The notes under the pieces: generated by a model | Seen by the model: only the letters and a program-made list of their open reading frames with translations | What the model was told of the DNA's origin: nothing | Databases searched by the model: none | Origin: an uncultured Clostridia bacterium | GTDB lineage: Bacteria > Bacillota > Clostridia > Christensenellales > UBA1242 | Reading direction: 5' to 3' | DNA: 52,068 nt | NCBI GenBank assembly: GCA_947623775.1 | Contig: CANQHL010000002.1 | Location: 1-52,068 of the forward strand | Part shown: positions 29,504 through 37,250 of the stretch, in pieces | How positions within the stretch are numbered: position 1 is the stretch's first letter | Layout of the letters: every line of letters starts with the position of its first letter | Translations under genes and position numbers: made by a program

Positions 29504-29579
29504 AATATAATCCCCTTTGTTTTATTGTATATCAAAACAAAGGTTGAGGTCAATTAATTTGACACTCAACCTTGTAAAT

Positions 29580-30665
29580 TCATTCAATTTCATTTTCGTC
29601 GAAATTCAACTCTTCCTCACGGTCTAGGAAATATAACCCAACAACCGCATCTGGCCCGATTTCCAACAAATGCGAGCATGCAACTTCCAAATCCGCCTTA
29701 TCTGTGTTATCCCAATATGTGCAGAATTTTTTCAACATGTTATCCTTACTTTCTGATTTCAAAAATTCGGTAATCCATTCGGTTGCGACAATTCTTCCGA
29801 CAACATATCTAAACATAAACGCGCTGTTTTTTTCATCATCGTGCATTTTTCCCACTCTTTCAAGCAATCTGGAATTCCCCGCTTTTGCAAGTCCGTCAAC
29901 CAGTTTTTCTAGACTTTTTTGAGTGACCGGACAAGGCAATTTCTTTAATATTTCACTTTCCTCTCTTATCAAATTGATTTCACTTGCAAGACTCAATCTT
30001 TGCTGATTTTCTAAATTTGCCACATCGCCCGCATGCAAGATGCCTTTATCATACAAAAATTTTATAAAAAGTCTTTCAACAATATTGCTTTCAATTTCGC
30101 CTATGCAGTCGCGAGCAAACCCCTTGTCTTTTGTAAGTGCATCAAGTTCCTTTTGTGAACCGCCCTTTCTTATACTTTCGACAATGCGTTTGTGGTGTCC
30201 GCTTAGTGCATGGGAAATTTCATGCACAGTGGCAATTAAATCTGAAATGGAATTGTTTTTATAAACGTTAAATTCAAGATATGAATTGCGATTTGAATGC
30301 CCGACACTGCTTGATTTTCCACGTTCAGCCGGCAAGAAATTTATATGGCTCTTTCCCTTTTCATCTATAAAGTATGGGTGCGTTCCGTCTAAAATTTGAG
30401 CCACCTCAGCACTTTTTGACGGAAAATACTCTTCAAAAAATTCCGTTATCAAGCCATTAAATTGCTTTTCATCATAAGGCACATTTATTTCTTGATAAGG
30501 GTGAGTGTTTAACACCTTTTCAACATCTGAAAGCAAATACAGTATTGACTCATTATACTCATTTTTTTGCATAAGAAATTTTAAAAATCCATGTGCATCA
30601 ACTCTTGCACATTTTTCATCAAATTCCCTTGCATAGTCTTGACTGATTGTTAACTTTTTCATCAT
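29580..30665 (-). CDS. Putative zinc metallopeptidase-like protein (HExxH)
   Basis: VHEISHALSGHH motif. Start set to ATG 30665 (MMKKL), which sits 6 nt after a TATAAT box (leaderless configuration). The ORF-track GTG at 30710 would overlap the promoter. C-terminus ends ...DENEIE. Confidence 0.7.
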   Translation of the reverse strand: MMKKLTISQDYAREFDEKCARVDAHGFLKFLMQKNEYNESILYLLSDVEKVLNTHPYQEINVPYDEKQFNGLITEFFEEYFPSKSAEVAQILDGTHPYFIDEKGKSHINFLPAERGKSSSVGHSNRNSYLEFNVYKNNSISDLIATVHEISHALSGHHKRIVESIRKGGSQKELDALTKDKGFARDCIGEIESNIVERLFIKFLYDKGILHAGDVANLENQQRLSLASEINLIREESEILKKLPCPVTQKSLEKLVDGLAKAGNSRLLERVGKMHDDEKNSAFMFRYVVGRIVATEWITEFLKSESKDNMLKKFCTYWDNTDKADLEVACSHLLEIGPDAVVGLYFLDREEELNFDENEIE

Positions 30666-30671
30666 AAAAAT

Positions 30672-30700
30672 ATTATATCCTATTTTTAATTGAAATTCAA
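30672..30700 (-). promoter_or_regulatory. Promoter abutting the start codon (leaderless mRNA predicted)
   Basis: Minus-strand TTGAAT (30700-30695), 17 nt, TATAAT (30677-30672), 6 nt, ATGATG. No Shine-Dalgarno. Confidence 0.55.
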
Positions 30701-30825
30701 TAGAAATCACTCATTTCAGTGTAAAGATAAATTGCTTTGACAGAATAAAGGAGTGTGGCATAAAATTTTTTAAAGTTTTGCGGTCACGTAGTTTTTCTTC
30801 AGTCTGAAATGGCACTCGCCATTTT

Positions 30826-32400
30826 TTATTCTGCCTCACTCTCGCTTTGAACATCTTTTGAATGTTCTTCGATAAAACTGCTAAGCTGTTTCTGTTGTGA
30901 GAGACTGCTTTCGCTTGTACATTTTATAAATTTTTCTTTTGTGCCATATTGCAAGCCTATTAACCTTTCGCTTGGCAACTGCTCACCCTCAATCATAATT
31001 TCACATTGTGCAATTTCTCGCATCATTGCCGTTGTGGAAGAAACCATCTTCCATTTTTTAAGTTCGGTCGCAAGCAAGTCTTTGTACGCATCAAGCATTG
31101 CCTCTTCGCTTGCAAAATGCTTTGTTGCCAATTCTTCACGTTGTGCTTTTATGGTTTTATTGTAATTTTCTGTTTCTCTTTTAAGTGTATCAATTGCCCG
31201 AGTTAATATTTCGGTGCTTGGATTGTTTAACTGTTTAAGTCTATCAAACGTTTTAGCAAAATTTGATTTTGACGGCACTCTCTTTGCATAAGCAATATCC
31301 TCTATTGTTTGAGAAATGTCTGTGAACTTCTTGTTTAATCTTACAGTACGTGCATATTCCTCTTCGGTTAGACTTCGGCAACTTGTTGCCTGCACCGCCT
31401 GTGCCGCCCTGCTTTGAGCATTTTGTAAACTTCCATTCATCATATCGCGTAAATTCTCAGCAAGTGCATCTGTGTCAACAACCCCTTCACGCTCATACAT
31501 TGATGATAAAGCATAAGAAAAACACATTTGCAAATTTCTTCCCTCATCGGTCATTCCCGGTGTTTTCTTAAAATAGAAGCCAGACCAATGTTCGTCTTCA
31601 TTATCCTCACCAAATGCGTCACAAACAACAAGGCATGAATTGTTTGGATAATTTTTTACTGTTTCATATTGAGCAAGATTGCCAATGTCGGAGTTGTCAA
31701 CTTCTTCCGTAACTCTTTTGCCATTCAAATTTCTTATCTCATCATCTTGTGCCGATGCCAAATATACCGTTGAAGTCCTTGTTCTCCCAAGCGGAACAAT
31801 AGGCGCCATGGAAATTGTGCAAAGGTTTTTTAGAATTTGATTGCATCCCTCTTCGCTTATATTGTTGCTTTTAAGGTCGTTGTAAATTTTTTGTTCCAGT
31901 CCGAGCATAACAATTGAGCCTGCACAATAATCAACAACAGTTAAATTTGAAAAGTTTTTGCTTATTTGTTCTTCTGGCAAGATTTCGCCATTTTCATCAA
32001 AAATCATAGACTTAAAAATTTTATCATACAATTGGTCAACAACTGCTTCTATTTTGTTTCCTTCTTTATATGGGGTCTGTCTTGCCGTGGTTAATCCAAG
32101 ATATGATTTGAAAAGGTTGCTGCAATAACCCTCATCAAACATCATACTTATTCCGCCGTTTCCGCCGTAGACAACCGAATAAATGTCTATACCATCAAGT
32201 GCTGTATGTCCCGGCAAAATAGTTTCGCCGACACCTAAAAGAGACGCAATACCCTTTGCATAACCATTTGCATCTCTGGAGTCACGCGTTCCATCACCTG
32301 AAAGACATAAAATGGTTGGTGACTTAACATCAATTTTTTCAACCTTTTCATATCCAGCTGGATTTGTCAAGCTTCTTGGTTCTCTTTTAATAATTTCCAT
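30826..32400 (-). CDS. Hypothetical 524-aa protein: globular N-terminal half plus long helical C-terminal half
   Basis: GGGGGA RBS, long ORF, no motif I can assign. C-terminal third is charged and helical (coiled-coil-like). Confidence 0.75.
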   Translation of the reverse strand: MEIIKREPRSLTNPAGYEKVEKIDVKSPTILCLSGDGTRDSRDANGYAKGIASLLGVGETILPGHTALDGIDIYSVVYGGNGGISMMFDEGYCSNLFKSYLGLTTARQTPYKEGNKIEAVVDQLYDKIFKSMIFDENGEILPEEQISKNFSNLTVVDYCAGSIVMLGLEQKIYNDLKSNNISEEGCNQILKNLCTISMAPIVPLGRTRTSTVYLASAQDDEIRNLNGKRVTEEVDNSDIGNLAQYETVKNYPNNSCLVVCDAFGEDNEDEHWSGFYFKKTPGMTDEGRNLQMCFSYALSSMYEREGVVDTDALAENLRDMMNGSLQNAQSRAAQAVQATSCRSLTEEEYARTVRLNKKFTDISQTIEDIAYAKRVPSKSNFAKTFDRLKQLNNPSTEILTRAIDTLKRETENYNKTIKAQREELATKHFASEEAMLDAYKDLLATELKKWKMVSSTTAMMREIAQCEIMIEGEQLPSERLIGLQYGTKEKFIKCTSESSLSQQKQLSSFIEEHSKDVQSESEAE

Positions 32401-32434
32401 ATTTCCCCCTTAACCTAATATACTATTTCACCCG

Positions 32435-32881
32435 CTATTCTATTGGCTTAACCAAAAATGCACTTATAAATTTCATATTTAATTTGTTTATATAAAAGTT
32501 GAGCAGCAAGTTATAATTTTTTGACACCGCACAAAGTTCAATTGCCTTACACTCTTTTTGTTTGGCATATTCCTCGATGAATTTAACCATTTTTTCGCCT
32601 ATGCCAAGGTTTCTAAACTCCGGCAAAATGTAAATTTCTTTAATCTCATAGTACCATTCATTTGCATTAAGGTATGATGTTGTTTTTTCTTGTTTTTTTT
32701 GCGAGCCGTACAGGTATCCAACAATTTTATCGTTTTCACACGCCACAACCACCGTCTTTTGTAAAAATTCCTCTTCGCTTGTTTCCAAAATGTTGTTGCA
32801 ACAATTTTCTTCAACAAACATTTTGCTTAGCACGCTCAAACTTTTTAAATCTTGCTTTTCAAAAAATCGTATTTTTGCCAT
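32435..32881 (-). CDS. GNAT family N-acetyltransferase
   Basis: ATG 32881 with GAGGT upstream. Motif A ILPEFRNLGIGEKMV, followed by the motif B region. Confidence 0.75.
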   Translation of the reverse strand: MAKIRFFEKQDLKSLSVLSKMFVEENCCNNILETSEEEFLQKTVVVACENDKIVGYLYGSQKKQEKTTSYLNANEWYYEIKEIYILPEFRNLGIGEKMVKFIEEYAKQKECKAIELCAVSKNYNLLLNFYINKLNMKFISAFLVKPIE

Positions 32882-32932
32882 GCTTACCTCAAATTTTAAA
32901 CTATACAAAAATTGTCGCCGCTCCGCTTATTT

Positions 32933-34072
32933 TTAATCCTCAATTCTTATTGTATCTGCATCGAGATCATCATCGGATTCAGGTTTCTTTTCCTCACTTT
33001 GCTGTTCATCGTCAACTTCCTCATCATCTTCTTCATCTTGGTTTTGTTGAGGTTGTTGCTGTGGATGTTGAAATACAAAGAACCCTCCATTTTGGAATAT
33101 GCTGCCATTTTTGAATACATTGCCTATTCCTTTAAGTATTGGAGCCATAGAGCCTGATGTGATGGTTGTTGTTCCAGACTGCATAAGCGTTCCATTTGAA
33201 ACAACGCTATTGCCGGACACAACAGCACTTCCCATAATCTGTGCATCACCACAAACTTTGGCATTATCACATACGCTACAACTGCCCTGAATTTCTGCAT
33301 TTCCTGACACTTCCGCATTGTCTACAATTCTTGCACTTCCCATAATTTCTGCATTCTCAGCAACTCTTGCATTGTCGCTTATCACAGCACTTCCAAAAAC
33401 ATCAGCATTATCCGTAACAGTCGCATTATCACTTACGGTGACCATTCCGCTTACTTGTGCATTGCCGGACAATTCGGCGTTATCCTTTATTAAAGAAGCA
33501 CCACTCACCTCAGCATTGTTTCTGATTTGTGCATTGCCGGAAACACTTGAACGCCCATAGCACTTTGCATCATCATGTATCCAGCAACCACCATCTTCAG
33601 AAAGGTTTTGTCTTGTTTCAACATATCCTCCCTTATCACCCTTATGTGCCACAATATTGCCATTGGAATCAAAAATATCCTCGGTTGCAATAACTCTATA
33701 AAGCCTTGTCCCATCACTCGCTTTTATGCTGTCGGCCTTATCAGTTGAAATAACATATTTCTTGCTGCTTGTATTGGCACCACCTCTTTGTTTTGTGCTA
33801 GTGCTTGAGCTTGATGATGAATTTGTGCCTGCCGCCGGAACATTGAAATTTTTGCCATTGATAGTGACAGAGCCATCATCTTCTACAACAATTTTGTTGT
33901 TGCCAAAACGTATCTTGTTGTTGGTTACAGAAATGCTGTTTCCACCAAAAATACTTTTCTTTAATTTAACAGGCATTTCCGTGCCGTCAATATAAAGTTT
34001 TCCTTTATTAATTTTTACAACATGGTTGCCGCATATTGATATGCTGGAACCATTGATAACTAAATTACCCAT
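32933..34072 (-). CDS. Hexapeptide-repeat (left-handed beta-helix) protein with a poly-acidic C-terminal tail
   Basis: ATG 34072 with GGAG 6 nt upstream. About 19 consecutive in-register hexads (NAQIRN NAEVSG ASLIKD NAELSG NAQVSG ... DAQIMG SAVVSG). Tail QQQPQQNQDEEDDEEVDDEQQSEEKKPESDDDLD. Confidence 0.75.
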   Translation of the reverse strand: MGNLVINGSSISICGNHVVKINKGKLYIDGTEMPVKLKKSIFGGNSISVTNNKIRFGNNKIVVEDDGSVTINGKNFNVPAAGTNSSSSSSTSTKQRGGANTSSKKYVISTDKADSIKASDGTRLYRVIATEDIFDSNGNIVAHKGDKGGYVETRQNLSEDGGCWIHDDAKCYGRSSVSGNAQIRNNAEVSGASLIKDNAELSGNAQVSGMVTVSDNATVTDNADVFGSAVISDNARVAENAEIMGSARIVDNAEVSGNAEIQGSCSVCDNAKVCGDAQIMGSAVVSGNSVVSNGTLMQSGTTTITSGSMAPILKGIGNVFKNGSIFQNGGFFVFQHPQQQPQQNQDEEDDEEVDDEQQSEEKKPESDDDLDADTIRIED

Positions 34073-34236
34073 AGTAATCTCCTTATTTATATTATAACAC
34101 TCAAACAAATTGTTGTCAAGATAGATTAGATTGACAAATATCCAATATTATATTCAAATTTCGCCGCTATGCCTGTAAAAACGTATATTGTCCAAGCCTA
34201 AGCCAAAAAATATTGCCGAAATTGAAACTCTGCAAA

Positions 34237-34761
34237 TTAAAGTAGAGTTTTTTTGTAAAAATTAGTATCCTTCCAATCCGGACAAAGCGGATTTGTATAC
34301 TTCTCAAATCCATTGTTTAACAAAACTTTGTTTGACCCATAATTTTGAATGTCGCATTGAGCAAACAATTCTTTCATTCCTAATTCCTTTGCTCTTTCAC
34401 AAATGAGTTCGACAAATTTACTGCAATAACCCTTCTTCTGCTCTGACGGCCGCGTTTTATACCAAATATTTCCGGAATGCCTTTTCCAATAATTGTTTAA
34501 TTTAAATCTTAACCCGCCTATACAAACCGGTTTATCATCTACGTATAAAATATAATTCTCAGCGGGCAAAATATTTCGGCTTAACGTTAGCGAATATGCG
34601 ACTTTCATTCTTGAATTTATTTCCTCAATAATTTGCTCTCTTGTCTTGCCAAAATATTCATTTGTTTGACCAAACTCATCTGTTTCAGGAATTTCTTGCA
34701 ACATATTAAAAAGTTCATTATCTAAAAGATTTGAGCGTAATTCTTGTAAACGATATTTCAT
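34237..34761 (-). CDS. GNAT family N-acetyltransferase
   Basis: GGAG RBS. GNAT core (VCIGGLRFKLN..., RPSEQKKGYCSKFVELICERAKELGM, NYGSNKVLLNNGFE). Confidence 0.75.
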   Translation of the reverse strand: MKYRLQELRSNLLDNELFNMLQEIPETDEFGQTNEYFGKTREQIIEEINSRMKVAYSLTLSRNILPAENYILYVDDKPVCIGGLRFKLNNYWKRHSGNIWYKTRPSEQKKGYCSKFVELICERAKELGMKELFAQCDIQNYGSNKVLLNNGFEKYTNPLCPDWKDTNFYKKTLL

Positions 34762-34809
34762 AACACATCTCCACTTAAATTATATCATAAAAATTCTCTA
34801 AAAAAAAGT

Positions 34810-34985
34810 CAATCCGCCTCATTTAAGCAAAGAAAAACTACTTAAATTATATAATAATTTATACAACATTTTTTGACCAAACTTTTTTACGAATTTTCAC
34901 TGTTTTTTGGTCAAAATTGCAAATTTTAAGATAAAAATAAAAAACGGCTAATCTCCTCTAAAATAGGGAAGGTTAGCCACTTGGT
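34810..34985. repeat. Copy A of a ~180-bp direct repeat (includes an orphan copy of the tRNA-Leu terminator)
   Basis: Near-identical to 35985-36165: ...CATTTAAGCAAAGAAAAA...TTTTTTGACCAAACTTTTTTACGAATTTTCACTGTTTTTTGGTCAAAATT(G/T)CAAATTTTAAGATAAAAATAAAAAACGGCTAATC(T/C)CCTCTAAAATAGGGAAG(G/A)TTAGCCACTTGGT. Confidence 0.9.
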
Positions 34986-35097
34986 AACCAATTTTATATT
35001 GTTTCGGATTTTATGTGTTTTATTTTTTTCAGTTTAATAAAAATATTTTTTAAAGGTCAATATTAAAATTTTTCAGTTTTTAAATGCTATAGAAAGT

Positions 35098-35685
35098 TCA
35101 TTTCAACTCATCTTTTATCATTTCATATACTTCAGGCTTTTTCATGTGTTTACCATTAAACCCCTTGACCTGACACACTATTTTAAAATCAAGTTTTGAG
35201 TATGTGCATAGTGCCGGCATATTTTCTTTTAAAACATGAAGTTTAAATTTTTTGTTGCCACTGATTTCAAAAATATGTTTTAGCAAGTCGGTTGCAATAT
35301 GGTGCTTTCTATATTCCTCTTTGATAAAAATCATAGCGATATATGTTTCGCCATTATCGATGTATGTAGGCATTTTGGAAATATAATGCTGAATTGTATA
35401 TTCATATTTTTCGTTTAATTTGGCCAGCCAAGAATAATCATAACCAAAATCTGTTTTATTTGATAAATACAATGCCACACCTACAATTTCATTATCTTTT
35501 TTTGCCAAGACACAATTTTTGTAACTAAAAGCACCTGTTGGACTAGATATTACTTTGCCAAAAAGTTCTCTGCAATTTTTGACATTGTCAAACATATACG
35601 GGAAAATATATGGATCGGTATAAAAAAAATATTCTGCAATTTGTTTAAAATCATCGTCTTTGCTAGCGTTCACAATCTCTATCAT
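35098..35685 (-). CDS. GNAT family N-acetyltransferase
   Basis: Start set to ATG 35685 (MIEIVNASKDD), 6 nt after a TATAAT box. GNAT core IFIKEEYRKHHIATDLLKHI. The ORF-track N-terminal 43 aa overlap the promoter. Confidence 0.75.
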   Translation of the reverse strand: MIEIVNASKDDDFKQIAEYFFYTDPYIFPYMFDNVKNCRELFGKVISSPTGAFSYKNCVLAKKDNEIVGVALYLSNKTDFGYDYSWLAKLNEKYEYTIQHYISKMPTYIDNGETYIAMIFIKEEYRKHHIATDLLKHIFEISGNKKFKLHVLKENMPALCTYSKLDFKIVCQVKGFNGKHMKKPEVYEMIKDELK

Positions 35686-35691
35686 GATTTT

Positions 35692-35720
35692 ATTATAAAG
35701 TGTTATCGGAGAAAAGTCAA
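35692..35720 (-). promoter_or_regulatory. Promoter abutting the start codon (leaderless mRNA predicted)
   Basis: Minus-strand TTGACT (35720-35715), 17 nt, TATAAT (35697-35692), 6 nt, ATG. No Shine-Dalgarno. Confidence 0.6.
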
Positions 35721-35984
35721 AAATAATGCAAACCAATTTGTAAAATATCAAAAATTTGATTAAATAAAATAAATGAAAAAAAGCAAAACAAATGAAATAC
35801 GTTATAATATGCATAACTTTGTCAAATATTTTGAGTTGTGTTTATATTATCTAAACTCCAAAAATTTCAATTGTAATGCTGATAATTTTCTCGGAAGCGA
35901 AGATAAACTTGAAATGCCAAAAGCAATTTTATGGCAAATGAAAAAACATTGCATAATCATCGCAGTTTAAAAATGATTTAAAAG

Positions 35985-36165
35985 CAATTCTCCCCATTTA
36001 AGCAAAGAAAAAAAATAACACTAAATTATACAACATTTTTTGACCAAACTTTTGACCAAACTTTTTTACGAATTTTCACTGTTTTTTGGTCAAAATTTCA
36101 AATTTTAAGATAAAAATAAAAAAACGGCTAATCCCCTCTAAAATAGGGAAGATTAGCCACTTGGT
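35985..36165. repeat. Copy B of the ~180-bp direct repeat, directly downstream of tRNA-Leu
   Basis: See copy A. Contains the tRNA-Leu terminator hairpin GGCTAATC...GATTAGCC + T-run (minus strand) and overlaps the last 4 nt (ACCA) of the tRNA. Confidence 0.9.
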
Positions 36166-36243
36166 GCGGATAACAGGAGTTGAACCTGCACCCTTTCGGA
36201 CTGGAACCTAAATCCAGCGCGTCTGCCATTCCGCCATATCCGC
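36162..36243 (-). tRNA. tRNA-Leu (anticodon UAG), type II with long variable arm, CCA encoded
   Basis: Reverse complement is GCGGATATGGCGGAATGGCAGACGCGCTGGATTTAGGTTCCAGTCCGAAAGGGTGCAGGTTCAACTCCTGTTATCCGCACCA. Acceptor GCGGATA/TATCCGC. Anticodon stem CTGGA/TCCAG with loop TTTAGGT. Confidence 0.9.
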
Positions 36244-36478
36244 ATATTTCATTATTCAATTTTTATTTTGGAGAATGGTAGACGCTTTCACGTCTAATTC
36301 CCCATACCTAAATCCACTGCATCTGTCACGGCGTCTCAAAGTCTATGGATCGGCATCATCCTTTTTCAAGTGAATTGTGGCGTTTTTATGTCCTTTATAA
36401 TCTTGAATAGCAAGCGTGTAGCATATGTTTTCAGCGTTTCGTTTTTATAAGTGCTTTTGCTACTATAAAAACATTGTA

Positions 36479-36507
36479 ATTGTATAACATTTTTTGCGTT
36501 TTTGCAA
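36479..36507 (-). promoter_or_regulatory. Candidate promoter for a ~230-nt leader plus tRNA-Leu
   Basis: Minus-strand TTGCAA (36507-36502), 17 nt, TACAAT (36484-36479). Confidence 0.4.
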
Positions 36508-36587
36508 GTATTTTCTTTATTTTTTTGATTTTTTATGTTATATTATTATTAACTAAAGATTTTATTTCCGCTTTTATTGAGGAGTAT

Positions 36588-36947
36588 ATGGAAAGATACA
36601 TACAAAAAATAAATGATAAACTTATTGCCTCCAATGATAAAAACAAAGCAAAGAAAACAAAACTTGCTTATCAAATTTCGGGTGGTGTTATTTTGGGTGT
36701 CGGGATTGCCGGCTTTCTTGCCCTTTTTATAGCCTTTATGGTGCTTTTCTTTAAATTTAAAACTGAAGGTGCTTTCACCGCTTGGCTATATGCTATACCA
36801 TTTATCCCACTGATTGTTGCAGGCTCGGTGCTTTCAAGAATAGGTGACGCCCTTTTGCCTGCTAAAAAACATTTCAAAAAGTATAAATACGAAAAAGAAA
36901 ATGCAAAAAAAGAGAAAGAAAAAAATAGTATTGCACAATCTAAATAA
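36588..36947 (+). CDS. Small two-TM membrane protein with Lys-rich C-terminus
   Basis: ATG 36588 preceded by GAGGAG. Two hydrophobic helices (GGVILGVGIAGFLALFIAFMVLFF; WLYAIPFIPLIVAGSVL). The ORF-track TTG start at 36480 would add a T-rich, promoter-like segment. One of very few plus-strand genes. Confidence 0.6.
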   Translation: MERYIQKINDKLIASNDKNKAKKTKLAYQISGGVILGVGIAGFLALFIAFMVLFFKFKTEGAFTAWLYAIPFIPLIVAGSVLSRIGDALLPAKKHFKKYKYEKENAKKEKEKNSIAQSK

Positions 36948-37210
36948 AACTTTTTCTCTAAATGATGTTACAGGCAAAAAGTAGAAATAAACTAAACAAT
37001 AATTTTTTTTAATAAATATGCAAATAAAATTTGCGTCATTTCAAAATTTGCCACGTTTATTTCAGAATTTGTTGCATGTTTTTTCAGAATTTACAGCAAG
37101 ATAAAAACTTTTCATGTTTTTCGTTAAACACATTAAGTAAAAAATATTCCAACTTTTTAAGAAAAGTGAGCAAGCAAAATTTTTTCTTGAGGTTACGTGT
37201 TTTTTCAGTA

Positions 37211-37245
37211 AAAAAAGAGTTTGACTTATCAAACTCTTTTTGTTT
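37211..37245. terminator. Bidirectional intrinsic terminator between convergent genes
   Basis: AAAGAGTTTGA-ctta-TCAAACTCTTT (11-bp stem, 37214-37239), flanked by an A-run and a T-run. Lies 6 nt beyond the AAA+ gene stop. Confidence 0.8.
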
Positions 37246-37250
37246 ACAAA

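Noticed and set aside
32674-33995. Plus- and minus-strand ORFs overlapping the GNAT and hexapeptide-repeat genes (32674-33114, 33318-33560, 33726-33995 and others)
   Set aside because: The 18-nt quasi-periodic hexapeptide coding repeat lacks stop codons in several frames and so produces long spurious ORFs. The annotated frame is the only one with an RBS and a coherent repeat pattern.
18087-36162. Classical integrative genomic island or prophage bounded by tRNA-Ala and tRNA-Leu
   Set aside because: - No integrase, recombinase, transposase, phage structural or conjugation gene is visible.
- No duplicated tRNA 3'-end att core was found.
- The only direct repeat (34810/35985) lies downstream of tRNA-Leu and brackets a single gene.
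- The block may still be accessory, but a mobile-element call is unsupported.
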